Shown here one piece after another: positions 41,501-53,705 of a stretch of 64,000 bases of DNA. Source of the stretch: Camelus ferus (Eukaryota); contig NC_045696.1 of assembly GCF_009834535.1 (NCBI RefSeq), positions 46,440,001-46,504,000 on the forward strand, in the 5' to 3' direction. Below the pieces are notes generated by a model. That model saw only the letters and a list, made by a program, of their open reading frames with translations, searched no databases and was not told where the DNA came from. The translations under genes were made by a program, and so were the position numbers. Positions within the stretch are counted from its first letter, which is position 1. The number at the start of each line of letters is the position of its first letter.

Positions 41501-43429
41501 CGGAGATTCAGAGGCTAGGTGATTTGGCCAAGGCATGCTCCCACTTAGGGCATTTGAATCCAAGTTTTCAGACTTTCACTTAAATGTGTGTATTTACTGT
41601 GTCAGAAATAGGGTCCTATGAGTTGTAAAGGAGGAACAGAAAGGACATTTTAAACCGTAGATTAAAAGTTAAATAGAAGTGTCAGTTGCCCCAAATCTGA
41701 CAGGAAGAGCACAGATACGAGTTTCAGACCCTGGAAGTTGGAACTGATTCGGAGCTGAGAGCATGTGTGATGGGTTTGTATAGCTTACTCAGTGAGAGAA
41801 TGATAGTGGTTCTGAGGGAAATCAGAGCCTTTCCCAAGTAATACGAGTTAGCGTGCGCACTTCTGTTCATCCTGTGAGCTCCTGTTTCTCAGCTATCACT
41901 TTTTGAGCACCTGGGAAAAGGAAAGGAAAAGGATGTCTCCCCAGCTATGGAAAGCTGAGGGACAGTACCGGTGGGAAGCAGAAGCATATCCTTCTATCCT
42001 CTCAGTGAACCGTAACAGTTTCCGCTTCAGTAACTGGGGGTCTCTTCCCTGGTCTCTCCGTCGCCAATTCAAAATCACTGATGTCAATTGCTTCACAGAC
42101 GCTGCTTTGCACCAGTCTCACTGTATTTTCTTCGGTGACAATGAAAAACTCACAGTTCTAACACCCCTATTTGCCTTTCATGTACAGCTGTGTGGCAGTT
42201 ACCCTGTGGTCCTTTTAGATTAAAAATGAAACTGTAGTATCCAAAAAAGAATTTAGTGGAAATATTCCATTTCTGTTTGGAGAAGAATAAAAGCAGTTGG
42301 ATATAGTGGAAAGGATTCTAATTTTGTGATTAAGTGAGTTGGGTCTTAACTCTGCCACTAATGCATTCGGTGAACTTCAGCTGACCTTTGACTTGCTTTT
42401 CCTCACCTGTAAATTGGAAGACACAAATCCAAGAACTGGATTTTTGGATTTGTAGTCCCTGTCAACTCTAGAAAATGAAGCATCTCATTTTAGAAGAGTA
42501 GCTTCTCAAATTATCCTATAAGTTAAATATAACATTCAGGAATGGTAGTAAAACATGCAAAATTTCCCCAAGGATGTCAGTTACAACTGGTTGTGGACAA
42601 CTCTTTTGTAAGTCAAAACTTTCCATCAGTGAGTACAATGCTTTCCAAGTGAATCGATCATTTCTGTTGTACAATGTGGGAATCCGAAAATATTTAGATA
42701 ATTAGCAGCTTTTAAAAGATATTTATGGACTCTGCTTCTGAAGGCAAAATATTGAGGCTATAACTAAGAACATTTAGATAGATTTGGATTTCATCTGTTT
42801 AAATTTAGCCCTAAGCTTTTATCTGAATTATCATGGATTAAAACTACAAACACTTGGATACCTCAGCCTTCTGCTTTACCTTGATTATGTATTTATTTCA
42901 CTTGAATTGTTTTCATCAGTTTCATTTTAATTGGTCATAACTTGTGTTGCTGTCACCCCAGTGATAAACGAGGGCCTTGGCAGCTTGTATGTGCCGGGAC
43001 ATGATACTACTTTAAAGACTTTGCTGGAAACCCTGCTTATTTCTAAATACCAGTTACAGCTTATTTAGACCAAGTGAATTTGTTCTCATATAGTGTAGGC
43101 CAGAAGTCATAGTAATTACTGTCATGATATAATGATGCTAATGTTTTATTGTCATCATCTGAAGTGAATGATGAAAGCACATTTGTTAAATTGGATCTCC
43201 TTTCTAGCTCTGTGTGCTGTCCTTATACGTCCTGGACCGCGTAGGAGATAATTGGGCTCTTTTTTATTCTCTGTGGTGGTGGCAGAGGTTGAACTTGAGA
43301 TATGAAATCAATATTATCAGCCAGAGGTGTGATTTAGAAAAAAATGATATGTTATCTACTAGTTCAGATCAGTAATTGGTGAGGAAATGCTGTAAGGAAT
43401 ATCTGTTTCCTCATACAGAGTAGCTGTCT

Positions 43430-43491
43430 ATTTTTATTGAGATATAATTGACATATTACATTATTTTCAGGTGTACAACATAATGAATATT

Positions 43492-43561
<70 letters not shown>

Positions 43562-43763
43562 GCTTACCACAGTAAATCTAGTTAGCATCCGTTGCCACAC
43601 ATAGTTAGAAATCTTTTCTTGTGGTAAGAACTTTTAAGACCCCCTCTCTTAGCAACTTTCAAATATGCAATCCAGTAGTATTAACTATAGTCACCATGCA
43701 GTACATTACATCCCCAGGATTTATATTTATTTTATAACTAGAAGTCTGTACCTTTTGACTACC
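43430..43763 (-). mobile_element. L1MA-like 3' end containing an expanded (TA)n
   Basis: tttattgagatataattgacata...ctcttagcaactttcaaatatgcaat...ttaactatagtcaccatg; TSD core cagagtagct at 43416-43425 and 43764-43773. Confidence 0.88.
43497..43558. repeat. (TA)~31 microsatellite
   Basis: Direct reading. Confidence 0.97.
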
Positions 43764-43830
43764 CAGAGTAGCTTTTCTGAAGATTATTTCATAACATTTA
43801 AATGCAAGCAGAAAAATTTTATAAAAACAT

Positions 43831-43845
43831 CCACTAGGTGGCACT
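43831..43845 (+). promoter_or_regulatory. CTCF core motif
   Basis: CCACTAGGTGGCAC matches CCASYAGRKGGCRS exactly; occupancy unknown. Confidence 0.55.
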
Positions 43846-45112
43846 TTATAATTGTGTTTAGAATCAGCCCTGCAGCATTCTTGACTAGAGGATAAAATTG
43901 ACACAGAAAATGTCTTTCTCTGAATGTTGGGTGTTCATGAATATCTGGATTCATATGAACTGTAAAACAATCCTAAAGGGAAAAGTTTTTATCAGCGATT
44001 TTGTCGACTTGCCCACTCTTTGTAAGGAATGCTTCTTCTACCACATCCCTGGTACATTCTCAAACAGCATGACACTGGTAACCTGTATTAGTAACGTGGG
44101 GAAGCCTGCTTTCCTAGCCATTTAAAAGTCTTAACTTTATATAAAATATGACAAGCATAGAAAAACTGATCCTTTATTGGAATAGCTATCAATTAGAAAA
44201 TAATGTATGTTTTTTCTGCCAAAAACAGGACATGGTGCTTGTAACAGATATAGATTATATATTTAGTGTGGTTCCAAAGTTCTTTTTAAGATAAGGTTCT
44301 AAGAAGCACTGGCCTGGTTCTGTGGAGGATTTTTACTATTTGAGTTGATTTTTCAGATAATTGTTAATATGCTAATAATCTTACTCTACCTAGTGCATAC
44401 AAATTTATGAATGGTTTGGTTAATCTCCATTTAGCCAATTAGTATTTTTTAAAAGCTTATTCTTTATGAAAGCTTATAGTACACCTCAGTATTTTCTTAC
44501 TTTTGGTTTTTAAAGTATTTGTATTTACCAAAAACTTACCCAAAAGAAGAAAAACTCAATCATAATCCTGTTATTCAGAGATAATATTGTGAACAATTTA
44601 GTGTTCATTCTTCCAGGCTTTTGTTTTTGGTCTGCGCATATATAGGCACATATTTTTATTTAAAAAATTATATTCTTTTATCTCATGAACCTTAAGTTTA
44701 TCTCAAACATCTTTTCATGTCAATAAAAGGATTTTCATAATATTCCTTTTTAACAATCTTTTAAACTAATCTCCCGCTGTTTGTATTTTGGGTTCCCTCG
44801 ATTTTTTCCTACCCCTAGAATTTAAAAATGCAGAGGTATTCCTTTACTTGTAACATTTACTAATAAAAGCACTGTATTAAAGCATCATGGGTCAACCTAG
44901 CACACAGCATCTGTTTATAAGTAAGTTCTCAATATTGAGTGAATTTCTTACTTTCTGACTAATATGAAGTTAAGGATTTAGTAGTTGTTAATTGTAGTTT
45001 ATTTCAAATTGATCTGAATGTTTATGTTCTGTGATTAATCATAACAATGATAATTATACTAAACTTTCATACTCTATGCAAGGTGTATATACAGTCACTA
45101 TAAGCAAGTTAG

Positions 45113-45168
45113 GTTTTTAAAAATATTATTTTTTATTTTGGGGGTAGGTAATTAGGTTTTTTTAATTT

Positions 45169-45200
<32 letters not shown>

Positions 45201-45280
45201 GATGAAGGTATTGGGGATTGAACCCAGGACCTTGTGCTTGCTAGGCATGTGCTCTACCACTGAGCTATACCCTCCCCCCT
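45113..45280 (-). mobile_element. tRNA-Ala-derived camelid SINE (Vic-1-like) inserted in a MIR
   Basis: Reverse complement GGGGGAGGGTATAGCTCAGTGGTAGAGCACATGCCTAGC...GGGTTCAATCCCC with A/B boxes and A-rich tail; TSD gcaagttag at 45104-45112 and 45281-45289. Confidence 0.9.
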
Positions 45281-47589
45281 GCAAGTTAGTTTATGTACAT
45301 ACAAAGTGGTTTAATCCTCACAATGTGGTAGAACTATTATTATCCCCCTTTTATAGATGAGGATGCCAAGGCACAGAGAGGTTGGGTTACTTGCCATAGG
45401 TCACACAGTAAGTTGTTTATTGATCCAGGTCTATGAATCTAGGAAAAAGCAAGAAAATCCACACTGTTAACCTTTCTGCCAAACCACATGAAGCAATAGA
45501 TACAGACAAAGTGGAATTAGGCAGTGGAATTATGAATTTCTTTCAAAGCTGTATTTAAGGGCTTCAGTTTAAAAAAAAAATACTAGAAATTTATGTGGTT
45601 CTTTTAAAAATGGTATCAATATCTTCAGATTTTCTTACTGAATATGATACTGGACGTTGAAAGTTCTCGATATAGATTAGAATTATGCTACATAGAAGAT
45701 GAGTTATTTTGTGAAGATGACACAAAGATACCTAATTTTTAACTTGTTTGGAATTTATAGACCATGGTAATAATTTAATGTATATTACCCAAAATTTAGG
45801 CTCATGGAATTTTCTGAGCTTTGATTCAGGGCAGGCTTTTGTCCAGGGCAGACTGCTCTGACAGATGAAGCTGCATGGCTCATGAACATTTATTAAGTAA
45901 CTAATATGTGCCAGGAACAAAAATCACACTGGGCATTCAAGACAAATAAAAGGTAGCCTCTTTAAGAAGTGCCTGAGGTGTGGCCAGCAGCATTGGAAAG
46001 ATTCCCAAAGCAACAGATTTCTGTAATAGTGCTTGGTTACTTACTTTGTGTCTTTATAAAATGAAAAAAAATAAAACAAATGAATAAGCAAACAAACAAA
46101 AACAAGGAGATGTTAGTATAGTCCAGCATTTCTCTTCCCTCTGAACTTGTCCTGAGGTGAATTTGTAAAAGCCCCTCTTACCTTGTTACCATGTACTTAA
46201 AATTCCTCCACAAAGAGTCAGTCATTAAAAATGACTCACAAAACCATTTTTTAAAATGTGTTAATTTATTATATATTGCTTGATGCTCCTTGTCTCATTG
46301 GAACAGCCCAGACTATGACAGCCTGGGAAGAATCAGCACAGACATTTTAAAGCAGAAAGTCTGGTAGCAGTGAACAGCTGCAGTTAGAAAGTTGGGTCTG
46401 AGTCCCAGGGATCAAGGAAGACTGGGAGGAAAAAATGTATAACAGAAAGTAATTTAGGATTTCAGATGCTTCCTACTGAGCCCATAAGTATTAATGTGCC
46501 CATAAGGTTTGTGGGCACTGATGAGTCTGATTTTTGGATGATGGAGAGCAGAAGAGGCCAGACTTGCTCATTGATCACATGGGACTGTTTGGTTCTTAGG
46601 AAGGTCTGGAAAAGTTTTTTGCAGGGCAGAGTTGAAGGGTGGCAGAAATGTGAATACACCATTCTTCCCTGTTTTAACTAGAGCAGACTCATTTAACGTC
46701 ATTTACCGTCTCAAGAGTATCTCTTCCCAAGGCAGAATATCCTGAAATCCAAATGGGATTTCAGAAGCCCAAGATTGCTAAAAAGAGACCAAGGAGTGCA
46801 AGTGGTGGTGGGCACACAAAAAGCAAGGGTGAACTGGTTTTCGGATGAAATGAGAATGTTGATTGGCTTGACTTCGGCGACAGAGCAAATTATGAAAACT
46901 TTAGACCTTGCTGAACCTGACGAGGAGGCTCGGTGTTTATCAGAAACTACTAAAACCACTATTTATGTAATATTTATAGGAGACCATTTGAGATTCTATT
47001 GAATTACCAGGTCTTGTTATACCAATTTTTAAAAAGCCTCTTCAGCAGTTGACGGTCCTATAGGACCTGCTGCACATGTAGATAAGGGAGGCCCTCGTGC
47101 TTCAACTTCCACACTCAGTGACTATTCAGTTCTTAGAATTAAAAAAAAGTACAAATGTACAATTCCAGATAACTTTTCATTAAGTGAACAAATTGGGTCT
47201 TTGTTGCACTTCAAATAACTGACTAGTGGAAGCATCATCGTAATACGAATAAGTAATGCTTTAGAAACCTGTTTTGACAAGGTTAAGTCAATTTAGATAG
47301 CTCATATGTAATCAGCACAAATAGACATAGAAATATTAACTGACAGATGTTTTATGACATAAGGGTAAGTGATCAGGGGTTACATAGAAAATATTTAAGC
47401 TGACCAAGGATACCTTAAGAGTATAGTATGGGTGAGCCTCACATATTCCTGAAACGGGAGGGGTGGGAGTGGGTTGATGGATGAATGTCCTCATTGAGGG
47501 GAAAGCCCTATGACGCTTGTTTTGGGGGAAGAGTTTTAATTAAATTAGCTTCAAAATGTGAATTTTTATATATTGGGTTTATTTAAAAC

Positions 47590-47805
47590 AATAATTCTCA
47601 ATTCCCAGGGAGTGTTTGGAAATTTGTGGGGCATTGTGTATCTCAGTGGCTGGGGAATACTACCACCTGAGACTGAGGGTTGGGGATGAAAGGATGGGGA
47701 AGGAGCTGAGGTGTTTGCTGACTCAGCAGTGAGTGAAACACTCTTGCCTGCTAAAGAACTTCCCCACCCAAAGTGCCACAAGCATATTCACTAAGAAATG
47801 CTGAT
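47590..47805. mobile_element. MER20-like hAT-Charlie DNA transposon relic
   Basis: ttctcaa...gtttggaaatttgtggggcatt...aagaacttccccacccaaagtgcc...aagaaatgctg. Confidence 0.55.
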
Positions 47806-50800
47806 TTAGAGTAAAGGATATTCGTTTAAGTTGAGCAAAGCCAGGTAAATAATTGGAAGTTTCTGCTCTTCAGGCTCTGAGGATGCATGCCACATACATA
47901 AATAAGGTGGGTGGAACTGTAATCCTGCAGAAATTCTGGAAGTTTCTATGCTTGCTATTTTATTAAGTTAAATTATCTTGTGGATGGTTTTACTCAGTTG
48001 TTTAACTGAGAGTAAATTTTATTTCCCAGTCTCAGAGCAACGCTAGCCACAGGGTGGCTGTAGATACAAATTCCCCAAATCTAACACCTGCTGACTCTGA
48101 AAGTCAGTCTAGATCACCGAGGAGGCTGCACCTATAGCTAAAACAGGTCCTCAGCAGCTACTGATAATGTAATCAAATGCAAGGTAAAATGACACATTTT
48201 CAGCATTCTTTATATTGGTGCAGTGCAATGAAATCCAAAATATAATTTATAGTTAATGAGGGGGAAAAATCAGGTTTTGTAAATGTAGTACATATAAAAC
48301 TAATTTTGTTCCTCTGTTTTTAAAAGCAGATGTTGAATAAATTCATGCAGATGTTAGGAACATGGATAGGGGGTGAGTAGTGGTTGAAGGAAAGAAGCCT
48401 TAACTTGCTAGAAACCTTTCATAAAGAAGGAACAATTACTTGCTTTCTTTCAGTGTTTTGTTATTGAGATTACTGATGATCCACCATGATTTCTTGAGCC
48501 ATCTCTGATATTTGTCTCCAAATTTAGCTATTTCTAAGACAGTGCATTCATTCCTTTATCATTTATTGCATGCATTCTTTGTAGTAAATATGCTTCAGTC
48601 AAGTGTGGAAGACAAATCTGCAAACATGAAAACTTCTATTCAAGGTGATAATGTCGCAGTAGCTGTGTAAAAAAATACTGTGGGACCCAAGGAATACATT
48701 CTAGCAAACCAGCTCTGGCCTTTGATCATAGTATGGAAATCACTTAAGTTACCTGAAAATGAGACAGAACTATGTCTCTACTCTCCCACTAGACCCAGAG
48801 CATTGGCTTATAAGCTAGGTTGCTTCTGGTATAAATAGACAATGGGATTTTTAAATTCACTCTTAATTAGCATATGATATGTTGAGAGTCTGCTTTATTT
48901 CTCTGTATATAGTCAAATATATGCTTCACTTCTTAATATTTAAACTATAGAACCTTCTACAATAATTGAATTACAGACAAAAAGGCCCATTTGCTGTAGT
49001 TGCAGTCATTATGTAGTGAAGCAGTTAATTTTGAGCAAGTGTTGAAAAGATGTCACATGGTCACAGTCAGGATCAGAAAGAGAAAATGACTTTCCACTGC
49101 AGCATATTGATTTGGTCCCTCTGAATCCTGGTACTTTGTTCTCTATTAAATTACATTTAAAATATTTGATTTTAAAATACCTTATTGGCTTTCTTTCTTG
49201 CTAATAAAATAATACATGTCAAAAACACTGAAAAGCATGAAGACAAAAATGGAAGTCACCCTCGATGCATATACCATTCCATATCCATTGTGAACAAAAC
49301 ATTTTGATGTTTATTATTCCAATGTTTTTTTCTAGGCATAGATACAGTTTTACGGTTTGTTTTCTTCTAAATTAGAATCAAGGAGTATAAATGTTATTGT
49401 ACATACATTTCAGGAAAGATTTTTTTTTATTTCTTGATTTTATTATCTAATTCCTCTGCCCTTTCTTGTTAAGAGTTTTCTCCCTATTTAAATGGTGTTT
49501 TATTTGTATTTCACAAAGACAATGGGATTCAGGGCTTGATGTACTGTGGAGGTGCACATATAGTTTAGAAATGTATGCTTCTTTATGTATCCCCTGTACA
49601 TCTGTAAAATCACTGCCATTTGATAAAGATGGGATGCAAATTTTTCTTTTCAAGGGAAAAGGAAATAGCTGTTTTGCTAGGATATTGTAAGGACTTATTG
49701 ATGACATTTGCCTGATGCCGACAGATAGGATGACACTTGATTATCATTCTTTAATTATGCTTCCTAGGATGTTACTGCAGATACTGTGAGTCACTGTGTG
49801 TGCACATGCTTAGGTGGTTAATGCTACTTTCAAAGCTAAGCTATCAGGCTATCAGTCAAGAATATACAGAGTGCTGACTTTATGGATGAGTGTCAAAAGT
49901 TAGATTTGGCTTTTGAGGTCATGTTCAAACAAAATCATATTTTGTGAGAGCATGGAATGCTATCCAAGTTCAGATAGCAATTCTATAGTTTCTATCAATA
50001 TATCAGCTCTGCATTTTGAGAATATGTGTGTATATGTGTGTGTGTGTGCGCACTTTAAAAGCATAGTTCTTTTCCATGGAAGGTGTTCTTTTTCTTATTG
50101 TTTGGAAAAATTCTATTGTTGTAATGGGGGCTTTTAACCTAGGATTACAAACCTTCTTTAGGGTTCAGTTAGACACTATTGTTTTTCTCTGCTAACTGAA
50201 CTTCAAGGACTATTAGTTACCAAAGATAAGAGCTTCCCCCATAATTTTACCATGTTAATGTCTCTTGTTTCCTGTTTATAATTAAAAGATCCACAACCAA
50301 TAGCTATCAAAGTTAAGGAAATATTTTTGAATAAATGATGATATGATGCTGAAGTGTTTATCTCTCCTAATTGCTTAAAATGGACCCTGGAGACACTAGG
50401 AATATTTTTTCTGTTTTAAAATAGGTTTGTTTCATTATTGAAGCCACATATTACCATTAGACTTTTGCTGTAATAGAAAATGTAGAAGGTCAAGAATAGG
50501 TTTCATTTTTAAATATGAAACTTAAACTCTGTTCAGGTTTAAGACCCTCAAACTTTTTCCTTATAGTTGCAATACATGTTTTATGGAGGCAATAATTGCT
50601 GTCCAAGGAAATGCTAAATAACTCTCCAGAACAGTCTGACACCACACAGAAGGAATAGAGAGGATCTGCCAGGTGGTCAGATGAATGCTGTTACTGTGAC
50701 AAGTTCTCATATCGTCATAGCAGGCAGAACTGTCCCAGGCAGCAGCAGTGGCAGAGCATAAGCAGCTACTTCTAGGCTGACAACTAAAAGCTAATAACTC

Positions 50801-53484
50801 ATATGATTGAATTTCAGGAAACATTTTTCCCATAGTTGGGAGTGGGGGTGCCTAACTGAATTATCAATGTCAGCTATGAACAGTGAGAAAAATGCTTTTC
50901 CAAGATCAAAGGCAAATATCGTATTTGGAATTTGTTCATGAAGAGTAACTTTGCAATTACAAATATACTTTTAACTGCAGTATTTTGTTATCTGTCTTCA
51001 AAGGAGGACTGCTTGTTGATAGGCTACTTCCTGCCTTTCATCTTTTTTTCTGACTATGGACAAAGTGGGGAAAAAAGCAGCACCATGGTAGTGGCGCTCC
51101 TTTTTTATGAGCTGTTTTAAAATACAGGCAACTGATTAAGGTATTTTAGAAATTAGGTTGGCTCTCATAGGAATGCAGTTCTAATTCTGTGGTAGGGTCA
51201 CTACAAATGATTTCCAGCCAGCTTCCTGCCAGATCAGTAGCAGAGATTAGTGGTGTAATCTGTAGAGAAATAGGAGAATGGAAAATAAGAATTTACCAGC
51301 TTTAGGAGCCAGGTCCTTATATAGACTGATAGGAGGCTGCCAGAGTGGAGAAGCAACTTTTATGAAGTAAGAATTCCTCCTGACAGGGGACAGTATCTGA
51401 CAGGGGAAATACACTGATTTGTCAGCTTGACAGATTCTTGTTCTTGGAATCAGCATAAAGCTACCTTGATCTGCTTAACTAGAGGGTATTTAATCAAGTG
51501 CATGCTGCAAAGGAATGTTAAAGGTGGTAATGTGGGCCCACATTAGGCTAGTTGCAAAGTCACGCTTGAACAACCTAACTAAGATGCTTTTTGTAAACGA
51601 AATTGAAGGAGAGGGAGGAAAACTCATCCAGAATTGAAACTCATCAAAGTTTGCTGAAAATTACATGTGAAGGAAACACCATTCCCTTTCTTTCTCAGCC
51701 TTCATTTTTCTTCATCAGCTCTTGCCAGTGATGCATCTGTAAGAGGAATAATGCAGGTTATCATGCTGTGAGTAAGGGGACCCTGATTTTCACTTTTCTG
51801 ATTGCTTGCTATCTGCTGTCAGTAATGCCTTACAGAAATAACTCCCTGTGCCCTGGAGCATTCTGACTAATGTTGTGTTTGGGGCAAAAGACCCCAAACC
51901 ACGGAATCCTTCATCCAGTGTTCCTGATTTTTGTCTAATCGATTGATTTTCGGTTAAAACTCTCAGTGCAGGTTTTTGCTTTTCTACATTTTGTGGCCGC
52001 TAGGTTTTTTGTTGGTATGTACTTTTTCTTTGAGGTAATTTATTCTTTCAAATAGCAAGGAAACTGGAGAATTGTAAGTTGCCCTCAAAATAGATCATTT
52101 CTTGTCTGCTCCATTCTGCAATGACTTCTTTCATTAGGATAATAGGATAAAACTGCCCTTTAGAAGCTTTTCCTGTATCGATCTAGTTCATTTCATAGTG
52201 GAGAAAAAGAAAGAAACTAAGAGTTCTTTCTGTTCTTTTATTGTGAATAAACCTGGCAATTTTGAATTTTAAAAATAGCAGTTTACTCATTCGTCTTACT
52301 AATAATACAACTTTAAAGCAATTTCAGATTTGTAATGCAGTAAAAAAAATCCTAATTATAATAATTTCCTCAAAAGGGTCCTAAACTCTATACCAACACA
52401 GGGAATAAGAAGGTTTAATTTTAAACCCAACCTCTTGTGAACTTTTACAGATCTTTAAATTGATGGGGTTGGACTCTAATTTCTAAGGTCCCTTTTAATT
52501 CTAACGTGCAGTTTTATTAGCAAACTCAAATTTATATCTCATCGAATCCAGTATCTAGAAGCAACTGCAAGAAATCTTCTGGTTTGCTTCTCTCCATTTT
52601 AGCAGTAACAGAGTCCAACTTTTATATTAGAATAACTGTTCATTCCCCCTACCCCAAACCTGTTAAAAACTGTGTTTAGAAGAGTTACATCTTTTTTGGT
52701 GATAGGTATCTGGCCAGTAATTTCTGCCTGCAGTATGTTCAGGGAGCATTCCAGACAGGGTTTGGGAACTGTAGTTACAGAGTTCCACAAGCTAGGTAGT
52801 TGTCACTGTTCAGCTCCTGTTACCTTTATGAACAGACTAGTTCTAGATCCTGTACCTGTTGTCCCCCACATACTTTGCTTTATCCCACCCAGGATGTGAG
52901 ATTGGCAGTAATAGAGGAGAAATTAGGACTTGGGGTTCCATCTAGCTGTTTGGTAGCAGTGATACCTCTTAGATGAATCTCAGAATTTTTGAAAGTTGGT
53001 ATAATATATGGACTCCAGGATATTTGGGGAATAATAAATAAAGCAAATTACAGTTGTGAAATTCTTAACTTACCATCCAAAGAGTAGGGGGGAAAACCAC
53101 CCAATAAAATATTTATCTGGATTCTGTTAGTATTTATTTCTCACATAAAAATTATTAAATGTTCTCAAGGATATTTAATAATACAACCCTTATAAACTAC
53201 CAAGATAAGGCAGTGATTTAAAGGCTCATAATGCTAATTACAGTGAAGTTAAACTATACTGAGTCACTTTAGCAGTACATGGTGTGTGTCACTTGAAAAA
53301 GAAAATCACAGGTTAAAGCTGACAAAGGTAATCATCATAAGTTTTACTTCTGAGCACCTTGATCTTCAGAGGACTCAAGAGGAACCTTTAAAACTAGTCC
53401 CATTTTTTAAAATGTAACAACTACAGAGTTTGTCATTTTCCCAAATGCTTCCAGAGCCATCTACGTATGGATGAAGAAGTATCA

Positions 53485-53705
53485 GACAGCAGTGTAGTGT
53501 GGCAGCTGCACCACTTGAGTCTGAATCCTGGTGTCCAGTGCACTAGTATCCTAGCTGTTTACCCTGGGCAAGTTTGCCTCCAAGCCTCAGTTGCTTTTTC
53601 TGTCAAATGTGGATAATTATGCTTCCTAATTCATAGAGTTGTTTTGAGGAGTAAATGAACTAATAATGGTAGGTGGAATAGTGCCCTGATACATAATTAA
53701 GTCCA
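53485..53705 (+). mobile_element. MIR SINE
   Basis: cctgggcaagtt...agcctcagttgctttttctgtcaaatgtggataat...agagttgttttgaggagtaaatga. Confidence 0.75.

Noticed and set aside
51528..51545. Perfect 18-bp palindrome taatgtgggcccacatta
   Set aside because: Roughly 0.2-0.3 such palindromes expected by chance in 64 kb; no supporting context.
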